A DNA stretch of 38,835 nt from a virus (IMGVR_UViG_3300012682_000010:1-38835); one strand, 5' to 3'. Counted from the stretch's first letter, positions 26,497 to 33,844 are shown. Notes: generated from the letters alone by a model not told the origin. Numbers and translations: made by a program.

Positions 26497-26879
26497 CCGT
26501 TTCCGTTTCCGTTTCCGTATCCGTTTCCGTCTCCGTCTCCGTATCCGTCTCCGTATCCGTATCCGTCTCCGTATCCGTTTCCGTATCCGTTTCCGTATCC
26601 GTTTCCGTCTCCGTCTCCGTCTCCGTATCCGTTTCCGTCTCCGTATCCGTATCCGTCTCCGTCTCCGTCTCCGTCTCCGTCTCCGTCTCCGTATCCGTTT
26701 CCGTCTCCGTCTCCGTATCCGTATCCGTATCCGTATCCGTCTCCGTTTCCGTCTCCGTTTCCGTCTCCGTTTCCGTTTCCGTATCCGTCTCCGTTTCCGT
26801 ATCCGTATCCGTATCCGTCTCCGTATCCGTGCGTGGTCTGGCTGTTCTCCCCGAGCGACGCGACGAGACCTACCGCCAC
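26490..26879 (-). CDS. Gly-X (X = Tyr/Asp/Asn) repeat protein
   Basis: 17-aa leader MAVGLVASLGENSQTTH, then 55 G-[YDN] dipeptides, then GW; overlaps both the upstream stop and the downstream start. Confidence 0.75.
   Translation of the reverse strand: MAVGLVASLGENSQTTHGYGDGYGYGYGNGDGYGNGNGDGNGDGNGDGYGYGYGYGDGDGNGYGDGDGDGDGDGDGYGYGDGNGYGDGDGDGNGYGNGYGNGYGDGYGYGDGYGDGDGNGYGNGNGNGW
26496..26828. repeat. Hexamer array GGA[T/G/A]AC x55 (minus strand)
   Basis: 333 bp; five of six positions invariant; the variable base is T in 20, G in 21, A in 14 units and never C (counted from the translation). Confidence 0.97.
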
Positions 26880-27169
26880 GACCCGGGCTCGCAGTCGAAC
26901 GAGGCGACCGCCGTCAAAACGTGGAAGTGGACCGTGCCGGCCGGGTCCACGGTCGTCCCCGACTTCGGGCCTCCCACCAACTCACCGAGGCCCTTGCTGG
27001 TCCCCCACCGGCGGATCACCTTGGCGTCGGTGAGGGTGCAGTCGTCGCCGTCACGGTGCCAGCGGCCGACCATCACCCAGCCTCGCTGAAGGATGACGAT
27101 CCGCGTCTCGGCGGGTTCTTTGACGGGCCGGTACGCGGTGCCGTTGATGATGAGGTCGGGTGTGGTCAT
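26870..27169 (-). CDS. Small beta-rich (SH3/Sm-like) protein; partner of the Gly-X repeat gene
   Basis: ATG 27169 after AAGGAGA; RIVILQRGWVMVGRW...TLTDAKVIRRWGTSKGLGEL. From memory it resembles DUF6948-type phage proteins (unverified). Confidence 0.75.
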   Translation of the reverse strand: MTTPDLIINGTAYRPVKEPAETRIVILQRGWVMVGRWHRDGDDCTLTDAKVIRRWGTSKGLGELVGGPKSGTTVDPAGTVHFHVLTAVASFDCEPGSWR

Positions 27170-27186
27170 GGTGTCTCCTTGTTGGG

Positions 27187-27309
27187 TCACGGGTGGTCCT
27201 GTCGGTTGTGGTGCCGGTCGGTACGGTGGCGGGCGTCCAGGTCGGCGCCGACTGCGAGGATCAGCCAGACGACGGCGGCCGCCACCGGGCAGGCGAGGAG
27301 GGCGGTCAC
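27187..27309 (-). CDS. Small membrane peptide (40 aa)
   Basis: Hand translation MTALLACPVAAAVVWLILAVGADLDARHR...DHP*; GTGA overlap. Confidence 0.55.
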   Translation of the reverse strand: MTALLACPVAAAVVWLILAVGADLDARHRTDRHHNRQDHP

Positions 27310-27632
27310 CGGAGCGACTCCTCAAGGTCGACGACGGCCGCCCACCGTTCCCGGTGCCGGTCGGCGAGGTGGGCGAGGAGACGCTGGCAGGTGTCCGGCC
27401 ACGGGTGGGCGGCCCACCGTTTCGCCCCGGTGCCTGCGACCGTGACGGCGAGGCCCATGCTGACGAGCGTTTCGGCGGTGGCGTACACGCTGGTGCGGGG
27501 CACGCCCGACTCGACGGCCAGCGTGGTGCTGTCCGCCGGCCCGTCCCGTTCGACGAGGGCGATGAGCACGTCCGCCTGGTAGCGGGTGAGGCCAACCTTG
27601 AAGAGGGTCGTCTCTGGGTCGACGTTGGTCAC
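27306..27632 (-). CDS. TrmB-type winged-helix DNA-binding protein
   Basis: LFKVGLTRYQADVLIAL...LAVESGVPRTSVYATAETLVSMGL; start GTG 27632. Confidence 0.8.
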   Translation of the reverse strand: MTNVDPETTLFKVGLTRYQADVLIALVERDGPADSTTLAVESGVPRTSVYATAETLVSMGLAVTVAGTGAKRWAAHPWPDTCQRLLAHLADRHRERWAAVVDLEESLR

Positions 27633-28090
27633 GACGCCTCCCAGAGGGTGCGGGCGACGCCGCATGTCCCCTTGTCCAGGCGGGGGCGGGACGGGCAGTC
27701 CCAGCCACCACGGGCGGGGCGTTCCCCGATGACCCGCCACCCGGCTGCCCGCAGACTGGCGCCGCTCTCCCCCTCCTGTGTGTAGGTCAGGAGGCGCCCC
27801 CATCCGAGCGCCTTGGCTGCCTGCCACGCTGCGCCATAGAGACAGCTGTTCGCGTTCATGGTGCCGTCGGTGGCGGACCGGATGACCTCTAGCGTTCGGC
27901 CGTCCATGAGGTGCCGGGCGACCGGGTGGCTGGTGATGACGACGCCCCGGAGGATGCCGTCCTCTGTGGTCACGACTCCCTGGCTGTAGCGGTGCCCGTT
28001 TGGTGGGGCGTGGTGGCGGTGGTGGCCGTCGACGAAAGCGCAGGCTTCCCGCCAGGTGACTGGGACGATGGTGAGGCGCGGGCCCTTCAC
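27629..28090 (-). CDS. XF1762 family (Mom-like GNAT) protein, putative DNA modification
   Basis: EACAFVDGHHRHH, PVARHLMDGRTLEVIR..TDGT.NANS.LYGAAW.AAKALG...TYTQEGESGASLRAAGW. Confidence 0.8.
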   Translation of the reverse strand: MKGPRLTIVPVTWREACAFVDGHHRHHAPPNGHRYSQGVVTTEDGILRGVVITSHPVARHLMDGRTLEVIRSATDGTMNANSCLYGAAWQAAKALGWGRLLTYTQEGESGASLRAAGWRVIGERPARGGWDCPSRPRLDKGTCGVARTLWEAS

Positions 28091-29220
28091 GGCGCCGCCT
28101 CGTGGTCGCTGAGCCATGAGGACAGGGCCGCTTCGTCCTCGGAACCTTCGGGCAGCTTGGAGAGGACGGCCCTGACGAACCCGGCCGGGTCGCCGGAGCA
28201 GTTGCGGGCCCAGGTGGCGACCTTCGTCAGCTCGTGCGGTTCGACCTCGGCGGCGTTGGTGGTCCGGCCGCCGGTGGCCTTGGCGATCACGGCGAGGTGG
28301 AGCGGCGGTTCGATGCCGGCTTCTTCGAGGATTCCGGCGGCGTCCATGCCCCGCTGCGGGCGAGGGTGATCGTCCCGCCCGTTGTCGTCGAGCATGGTCG
28401 GCTGCGCCACCTCGGCGGTGTCCGGGTCGGGCGGGACGACGATGGCCGGGTCGAGGGCGGGCGGCGGGTCGTGCTCGATGATGGCCATCACACCGTCCGG
28501 GCGCTCCTGCATGGTGATGGTGGCGCCCTCGGCGTGCAGCGCCCGCTCGGCCACGACCGTCATGGGCAGGCCGTAGGCGCCGGCCGCAGCCCGGATGGCG
28601 CTCTTGGCCGCCATCGCCGGGTAGTCCGTCTTCCAGGCCGGACCGTCCTGGCCACGGTGGCGGCGACGTTCGATCTCGGGGAGGTCGATCACCACGAAGT
28701 CACGGCTGCCACCCGGGTAGTTCCACCGGCAGTAGGCGTGGGTCAGCTCCCCGCGCTCCCCGGCGGCAGGCGTGTGTTCGAGCAGGTCCGGCTCGTAGGA
28801 GTAGGCGAAGTGGTCGTGCTCGAACACCGGGCGGGCCACGACCGACACGACCTCGGGTGAGCGGCGCGCCAGCCGCAGGATGCCTTTGTATCCGAGCACG
28901 AACGTGCAGACCTTGCCGTAGGGGACGAGCCACGCCTCACCGGAGACGGACCCGAGTTCGAGTTCGGCTCGTGCGACTTCGAGGCAGGCGCCGACGATCG
29001 ACTCGACCGAGCAAAGGGCCAGTTTCGGCACCCGTTCGATCTGGACCATGACGGAGGCGGCCATTCGTTTGGCGTCGACGTGGTCGCCGGGCATGACGGC
29101 TTCGATGCGCTTGAGCCGCTGCTGGATGCCTTGGCTGATCTGCTGCTCAGCGGTGACGTTGCCACCCCCCTCCTGGCGGCGTTCGGCGGCGCCGGCAACC
29201 TGCTGTGCGAGGCCGCTCAT
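28087..29220 (-). CDS. recT: RecT family single-strand annealing protein
   Basis: PKLALCSVESIVGA, GEAWLVPY, FVLGYKGILRLARRS, PAWKTDYPAMAAKSAIR; start ATG 29220. Confidence 0.92.
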   Translation of the reverse strand: MSGLAQQVAGAAERRQEGGGNVTAEQQISQGIQQRLKRIEAVMPGDHVDAKRMAASVMVQIERVPKLALCSVESIVGACLEVARAELELGSVSGEAWLVPYGKVCTFVLGYKGILRLARRSPEVVSVVARPVFEHDHFAYSYEPDLLEHTPAAGERGELTHAYCRWNYPGGSRDFVVIDLPEIERRRHRGQDGPAWKTDYPAMAAKSAIRAAAGAYGLPMTVVAERALHAEGATITMQERPDGVMAIIEHDPPPALDPAIVVPPDPDTAEVAQPTMLDDNGRDDHPRPQRGMDAAGILEEAGIEPPLHLAVIAKATGGRTTNAAEVEPHELTKVATWARNCSGDPAGFVRAVLSKLPEGSEDEAALSSWLSDHEAAP

Positions 29221-29396
29221 CTTCGGCCGGCCCAGGTTTGGCAGGCGCCGCACCAGCCGATCCGGTTGTGCCGGGCCCGGTTGGGGCAGGCTTCGTCGCG
29301 GGGCGGGTCGTCGACGTGTTCGGCGGTGAGGGTGCGGGCCTCGTCCCGTTCGGCGGCTAGCACCGGGTTGGTGCAGTCGGCGGCGTCGGTAGGCAT
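29217..29396 (-). CDS. Small Cys/His protein (59 aa)
   Basis: Hand translation MPTDAADCTNP...CPNRARHNRIGWCGACQTWAGRR*; overlaps both neighbours. Confidence 0.6.
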   Translation of the reverse strand: MPTDAADCTNPVLAAERDEARTLTAEHVDDPPRDEACPNRARHNRIGWCGACQTWAGRR

Positions 29397-29680
29397 CAGG
29401 CGCCCCCCTCCTTCTTGAGGCGGCGCGCCTTGGCCGAGGCGAGGGCCAGCTTGGCCATGTGCGCCTTGCGCAAGTGCTCTGCCCGGCGGGCCCGCTCCTC
29501 GGGCGGCAGGATGCCGTCGGGGTCGGCCTGCTTCTCGAACCGGGCGGTCCTGGCGGTGCGGTCGGTGGTGTTCGCCCAGCTGGTGTGGGCGGCGGCCTGG
29601 GCTCTGAGTCGGCGCTCATCCGCCGACAGGCCAGTCCGGTCGTCCAGTGACGGGTCAGGCCTGGGGTTGGCGGCGATCAC
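29396..29680 (-). CDS. Conserved actinobacterial mobile-element hypothetical protein
   Basis: AAHTSWANTTDRTARTA...RFEKQADPDG.LPPEERARRAE..RKAHM.KLAL.SAKARR, a motif recognised from actinobacterial prophages. Confidence 0.75.
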   Translation of the reverse strand: MIAANPRPDPSLDDRTGLSADERRLRAQAAAHTSWANTTDRTARTARFEKQADPDGILPPEERARRAEHLRKAHMAKLALASAKARRLKKEGGA

Positions 29681-29862
29681 GCCGGCACGAACCCGGGGTC
29701 GGCGACAGGGATGGTGGCCTTCAGGTCGCGGAGGGCGGCGTCGACGAGGAGGGCGACGCCGACCATCCGCCGGCCGGCCTCCTCGTTCAGCCAGGCGGCC
29801 AGGTCGGCGTCGATGCTGACGGACACCTGCTTGCGGGCAGGCTTCGGTGTGCTGGGCATCAT
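29677..29862 (-). CDS. Ribbon-helix-helix (CopG/Arc-like) DNA-binding protein
   Basis: RKQVSVSIDADLAAWLNEEAGRRMVGVALLVDAALRD; AAGGAGA RBS. Confidence 0.75.
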   Translation of the reverse strand: MMPSTPKPARKQVSVSIDADLAAWLNEEAGRRMVGVALLVDAALRDLKATIPVADPGFVPA

Positions 29863-30044
29863 GTCTCCTTGGGTTGGTTGAGCAGGGGCCAGTCGGGGGG
29901 AGGTGAGACCGAGGCGACGCCGGGGCGGGCGCAGCAGAAGCACGGGTCGTCGCCGCGCCAGGACACCTCGCAGGGAACGCACCACCGCTGCGGCGAGAAG
30001 GCCCGCAACGCGGCGCCCACCTCGGGGGCGTCGTTGGCGTTCAC
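29859..30044 (-). CDS. Small Zn-ribbon protein
   Basis: CVPCEVSW...CFCC; coupled on both sides. Confidence 0.6.
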   Translation of the reverse strand: MNANDAPEVGAALRAFSPQRWCVPCEVSWRGDDPCFCCARPGVASVSPPPDWPLLNQPKET

Positions 30045-30391
30045 GAGATCACCCGGCTGAGGCCGAGCGGGATGCGCGGCCCGTCGTGCGCCTCGTTGGC
30101 GGCGTCGACATCTTGGAACTGGAAGTCGACGGGCAGGCCCGTTGCCTGCCGTGCCCAGATCGAGAGGGCGACGTTCAGGGCGGTGAGCCGCTGGTTATCG
30201 CCTCCCGTCAGGGCGTCGAACCTGTCGACGTCGAGCATGAGCCGCAGGTCAACGTCCCGCCAGTCCTCGTCCCGGGCAACGGACCCGACCAGGTAGGGCG
30301 GCTCACCGAAGGCCTCGTAGACCTGGGCACACCATCCGTTCAAGAGGAACATCTCGGGTGGGCTGAGGCTCGACGCTCGCCGGGCGCTCAC
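30041..30391 (-). CDS. Minimal nucleotidyltransferase (Pol-beta superfamily)
   Basis: YLVGSV...WRDVDLRL (GS + DxD) and LPVDFQFQ (third Asp); start GTG 30391. Confidence 0.75.
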   Translation of the reverse strand: MSARRASSLSPPEMFLLNGWCAQVYEAFGEPPYLVGSVARDEDWRDVDLRLMLDVDRFDALTGGDNQRLTALNVALSIWARQATGLPVDFQFQDVDAANEAHDGPRIPLGLSRVIS

Positions 30392-31482
30392 GGCGCCGCC
30401 TCGGCCTTGTGCTTGCTGGTCATGTGCCCTTCGACGTCCTGCGCCCGCAGCGCCGCCGTGCAATGCGGGCACGGGGAACGCACATCCAGGCGGCGCTGGT
30501 GCGACTCGACCGTGTATTGGGCGGCGATCTGCGACTCGTTCGCCCGTAACGCCACCAGGTCGACGTTCCGCACCGTCGACCGCTTCCAGGTGACCAGCGG
30601 GCGGACATCACCCGGGGCGACCTCAACCAGGCCGACCTCAGCCTCAGCGAGCGTCGCCTTCACCACGTTCTCCAGGTCGCAGATCTGCTCGTCGAGCGCC
30701 TTCCGTTCCCGCTTCAGGTAGCGGATCGAGCCGAGCTGCTCGGCGGCGCCGTCGTGCTCGTCGCCCAGGTCGATCTCGCCGCCGCCGCCTTCGCCGTAGG
30801 CCCGGGCCAACGCGTCCGCTGTCGCCTGCTGGTTGCCGCCGTCCAAGGCGGGGGGGACGTTGGCGAGGACGTGGTCGTGCCAGAAGGCCCGGCCGGCGTC
30901 GAGTAGGGCCGCCTCGTCGTCACGGTCGCGGGCCAGCTCGTACACCCGGAAGCTGCCGCGGGGGTGGAGGGTGGCGACCCAGCTGGTCGGCCAGTCGCCG
31001 GCCAGCATCTCCCACGACACCTGCGCCTTCAACCAGGGGGGGAGGTTGTCGCCGGGGCAGACCTTGTGGGTGCCGCCGCAGTCGCACCACGGCGGGTCGG
31101 ACGTGTATTTCAACTGCACCGGGCCGAGGGCGTCGTCGACCGTGGAGTCGTCGTCGACCTCGACGGCGAGGCCGTCGATGGTGGCCCGCACCCACGACAT
31201 CTCGCGGTGGCTCACCATCATCTGCTCGGCGGCGATGTAGAGGCCGGTGTCCTCCTCGAAGAAGCGGGCGAGCGTCGGTTCCAAGCGGAGGCCCATCAGC
31301 TGTGCGTCGCTGGCTTTCGACCCGTCGGGGGGGAGGAGGCCGGTCTTGGCCGCCCAGATCTCCCAGCGGGACCCCCATCTGCCGATGCCGCAGACGGCCG
31401 CGATCTCGCTGGCACCTATGCCCGTGCTGCGCGCCTTCCACCATGCCGGGCTGTGCGTCTCGGGGGCGGTGGTGGTGCTCAC
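30388..31482 (-). CDS. YqaJ-like (RecE-type) exonuclease with a C-terminal C2H2-like finger
   Basis: WWKARSTGIGASEIAAVCG, WAAKTG, G.RLEP, RATIDG, QVSWEM, FWHDHVLANVPP; ends CPHC...HMTSKH; start GTG 31482. Confidence 0.9.
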   Translation of the reverse strand: MSTTTAPETHSPAWWKARSTGIGASEIAAVCGIGRWGSRWEIWAAKTGLLPPDGSKASDAQLMGLRLEPTLARFFEEDTGLYIAAEQMMVSHREMSWVRATIDGLAVEVDDDSTVDDALGPVQLKYTSDPPWCDCGGTHKVCPGDNLPPWLKAQVSWEMLAGDWPTSWVATLHPRGSFRVYELARDRDDEAALLDAGRAFWHDHVLANVPPALDGGNQQATADALARAYGEGGGGEIDLGDEHDGAAEQLGSIRYLKRERKALDEQICDLENVVKATLAEAEVGLVEVAPGDVRPLVTWKRSTVRNVDLVALRANESQIAAQYTVESHQRRLDVRSPCPHCTAALRAQDVEGHMTSKHKAEAAP

Positions 31483-31715
31483 GTCGCCGCTCCGGGGTCG
31501 ATGCCGTCGAGGACGGTCCACCGGTCACCGCGGTCCGACATGAGCCCCAGGACAGAGCCGGCCAGCTGGACCCAGATGCCAGGGACCCGGCCGACGAAGA
31601 TCACGTCGTGTTCCGATCCGACGGTCAGGCCGTGCTTGTCGAGGTCGGCGCCGACGGCGGTGATGCGAATGCGGTCGCCGACCTTGGTGGTCGCCATCCC
31701 TCGGGTGTCAGCCAT
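31479..31715 (-). CDS. Small SH3-like hypothetical protein
   Basis: KVGDRIRITAV...LTVGSEHDV pattern; coupled. Confidence 0.6.
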   Translation of the reverse strand: MADTRGMATTKVGDRIRITAVGADLDKHGLTVGSEHDVIFVGRVPGIWVQLAGSVLGLMSDRGDRWTVLDGIDPGAAT

Positions 31716-31914
31716 CGTCGAGCGCCGCCTCGGCGTCGGCTATGGCGAGCTGGTCGGCGTAGGACCATTGGCTGCTGAAGCCGGGCGCGGGGTCGAACTC
31801 GTCGCAGTCGTAGTCGGCCCAGTCGGGGTCGGGGCGGAACCCGGTGCCCGTGCTCGTGGCGTGGACCCGGAGGCGCTGCACGAGCCGCAGGACGTGGGGT
31901 CGCAGGTCGCTCAC
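31708..31914 (-). CDS. Hypothetical protein (68 aa)
   Basis: Coupled ORF, acidic. Confidence 0.6.
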   Translation of the reverse strand: MSDLRPHVLRLVQRLRVHATSTGTGFRPDPDWADYDCDEFDPAPGFSSQWSYADQLAIADAEAALDDG

Positions 31915-32126
31915 GGCTGCGGGTCCAACGGTGTGCCGGCGGCGTCAGCGACAACCCACCATCGGTTCGGGTTCAGCCTCCCGGTGTTACGGACGATCGC
32001 GGACCGCTTCGCGGCGTGGACGTTGACGTAGGCGTGCCTCTGTCCGTCCTCGACCGGCCCGTCCTCGTCGCGTCTGAGGACCAGGTACTCGGTCGGCGGG
32101 GTCGCCGAAGTTGTGGGCGTGTCCAT
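31911..32126 (-). CDS. Hypothetical protein (71 aa)
   Basis: ATG 32126 after AGGAG. Confidence 0.6.
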   Translation of the reverse strand: MDTPTTSATPPTEYLVLRRDEDGPVEDGQRHAYVNVHAAKRSAIVRNTGRLNPNRWWVVADAAGTPLDPQP

Positions 32127-32134
32127 GCGGGCTC

Positions 32135-32662
32135 CTAACGGTCGGACTGGGCGGGCGGGTGTGGTGCAGCCCGGGAGACGCCGGCGATTGCGTCTCCCGG
32201 GCCACAAGCGGCGCCGGAGGTTGCCGTGGGGGCACGGGTCCGTCCGGGGACGCCGCCACCACCGGGGTGCAGGGCCCCGGTGGGATCGTTGGCGAGGTAG
32301 CGCTCCCTGAGCGCAGCCACGTCGGTCGTGTCCTCGTAGGGTTCGCCGGTGGCGACACGGCGCTGGTACTCCGCCACCGCCGACCGGATCTTCTCATCGG
32401 TGTCGGCCCGCTCCCTTACATCCGCCAGGAACCGGCGGGCGGCGGCCTGGTCGCCGCCGGGGAAGGTGTCGGGCTCCACCGCGTAGTAGGTGCGGGCCCG
32501 GTCCTGGTCGTAGGGCCGGGCGATGGGGTGGACGTGGGAGCGGGGCGGCCCGTGGGGTTGGAGGCGCTGGGTGGCCCGGTCGGCGATGTTCTGGCCGCGG
32601 GCGGCGATGTAGCCGGCGGCGAACACGAGGGCGCAGACGAGGATGGCCATGCCGGCGGTCAT
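32135..32662 (-). CDS. Membrane-anchored hypothetical protein
   Basis: ATG 32662 (ATGA overlap); N-terminal TM MAILVCALVFAAGYIAA. Confidence 0.6.
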   Translation of the reverse strand: MTAGMAILVCALVFAAGYIAARGQNIADRATQRLQPHGPPRSHVHPIARPYDQDRARTYYAVEPDTFPGGDQAAARRFLADVRERADTDEKIRSAVAEYQRRVATGEPYEDTTDVAALRERYLANDPTGALHPGGGGVPGRTRAPTATSGAACGPGDAIAGVSRAAPHPPAQSDR

Positions 32663-32865
32663 GCCGGCGCCCGCTCGGTCGCTCCGGGCCGGTGGCGGCG
32701 GACCGTCCCCTTCCAGTCGTGGACTGTCCCGGTCCCGTCGGTGTAGGTGACCCGGACTTCGCGGGGGGCGAGCCGGTCGACGTCGGCGACGGTCCGCTCG
32801 GCGTGGTCGTGGTGGACGATGTCGCCGGGGTGGAGGTGGCAGGCGAGGGCGAGCCGGGCGGTCAT
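32659..32865 (-). CDS. Small beta-rich hypothetical protein
   Basis: LHPGDIV...TVADV...VRVTYTDGT; coupled. Confidence 0.6.
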   Translation of the reverse strand: MTARLALACHLHPGDIVHHDHAERTVADVDRLAPREVRVTYTDGTGTVHDWKGTVRRHRPGATERAPA

Positions 32866-32951
32866 GCCACACCCGAGACGTGGAGGATGAGCAGGCCGAC
32901 GAGGCAGCCGACGGTGAACGCGGCGGCGCAGGAGAGCAGGTCTCGGGTCAT
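32862..32951 (-). CDS. Small membrane peptide (29 aa)
   Basis: MTRDLLSCAAAFTVGCLVGLLILHVSGVA; ATGA overlaps at both ends. Confidence 0.55.
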   Translation of the reverse strand: MTRDLLSCAAAFTVGCLVGLLILHVSGVA

Positions 32952-33178
32952 GCCGACCCGGCCAGGTCGAACAGGGTGGGGGCGTCGTCTGGCTCGGTCC
33001 ACCCGTCGTCGGTTTGCTCCCAGCAGTCGGGGCAGTGGGTGCCGGCGTGGCCGGGGGCGTCGACTGTGCCGCAGACGACGCAAACCGGCGGGTCTGGCTC
33101 GTCCGGGGCGGGGGCGGCCTCGAAGAAGTCGGTGAGGGCGGCGCTGGCCTTGGCCTCCTTGGCGTGGGTGAGGCTCAT
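32948..33178 (-). CDS. Small Zn-finger protein
   Basis: CVVCG...HCPDCW. Confidence 0.65.
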   Translation of the reverse strand: MSLTHAKEAKASAALTDFFEAAPAPDEPDPPVCVVCGTVDAPGHAGTHCPDCWEQTDDGWTEPDDAPTLFDLAGSA

Positions 33179-33381
33179 GCCGTCGTGGCCTTCGGCTCTG
33201 CGTCGAGGTCAGCGCACCAGCGGCGGACCGTCTCGGCCGACACGGTGAACGCGTGCGAGGTCAGGAGCCAGCGGGCGATGGTCTCGAACGACTCACCAGC
33301 CCCCCGGCGGGCACGGAGCTGGGCGGCCAGGTCGCCGCCGGCCGCAAGGTCGGCCTCGGGGAACGTGGACGGTCGGGGCAC
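33175..33381 (-). CDS. HTH DNA-binding protein, first early gene (Cro-like position)
   Basis: GESFETIARWL...VSAETVRRWC; begins 7 nt after a putative -10 box (leaderless). Confidence 0.7.
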   Translation of the reverse strand: MPRPSTFPEADLAAGGDLAAQLRARRGAGESFETIARWLLTSHAFTVSAETVRRWCADLDAEPKATTA

Positions 33382-33418
33382 GGGACGTAGCGTGCCACAC
33401 GACGGCTAACCGTGTCAA
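33382..33418 (-). promoter_or_regulatory. Early promoter (SigA-type)
   Basis: TTGACA (33418-33413), 18-nt spacer, CACGCT, 7 nt, GTG start. Confidence 0.6.
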
Positions 33419-33443
33419 GGTATTCCCGCGGTACGTAGTGGGG

Positions 33444-33503
33444 ATGGACGTGGAACGGCTGCGGGCGGCGGTCGACGGCCGGCGCTGGCTCGACGCCGCC
33501 TGA
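33444..33503 (+). pseudogene. Possible stump of an immunity repressor (19 aa)
   Basis: MDVERLRAAVDGRRWLDAA*, divergent from the Cro-like HTH; resembles the helix that precedes an XRE HTH. Confidence 0.35.
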
Positions 33504-33537
33504 ACACGCCACGCCTGGTTCGTGGCAGGATGCGCGG

Positions 33538-33789
33538 ATGGCGCAGCAGGTTCCTCCCGGCATGTACGTGGCGAGCGACGGCAACCTCTACCCGATCCAG
33601 CCGGCATCGTCGCCGGCCCAGCCAGGCCAGCGACCGCGGGTTGTCTACTCGACCGAGCTGAACAAGAAGTCGCTGAACATGACCTGGTTCGAGCGGACGC
33701 TGAACAGCAAGGCCGCTGAGGGGTGGCGGCTGGCTCACGTGTTCGAGCAGGACGGGAACACGGTGATAGTGTTCGAGCGTCCCGCCTGA
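33538..33789 (+). CDS. DUF4177-like protein, the only clear plus-strand gene
   Basis: FERTLNSKAAEGWRLAHVF...IVFERP matches the LN..G.EGWEL...F.R pattern; AGGA upstream; ends at the convergent terminator. Confidence 0.75.
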   Translation: MAQQVPPGMYVASDGNLYPIQPASSPAQPGQRPRVVYSTELNKKSLNMTWFERTLNSKAAEGWRLAHVFEQDGNTVIVFERPA

Positions 33790-33799
33790 CCCGGGACGC

Positions 33800-33827
33800 G
33801 AAGAAGGCCGCCCCCGGAGGGGCGGCC
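33800..33827 (-). terminator. Intrinsic terminator between convergent transcripts
   Basis: Perfect 9-bp stem GGCCGCCCC/GGGGCGGCC (33806-33827). On the minus strand the loop is c(UCCG)g, a UNCG tetraloop, followed by UUCUUC. Confidence 0.8.
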
Positions 33828-33844
33828 GGAGCGAAGGTGGGGTG

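Noticed and set aside
26496-26828. CRISPR array or diversity-generating retroelement
   Set aside because: Units are 6 bp with no spacers and no cas genes. There is no reverse transcriptase or template/variable repeat pair, and only one of the adenine positions varies.
26206-27445. Plus-strand (PY/PS/PF)n and (RI/RL/RF)n repeat ORFs
   Set aside because: By-products of a stop-free hexamer on the non-coding strand. Only the minus-strand G-X frame is coupled to both neighbours.
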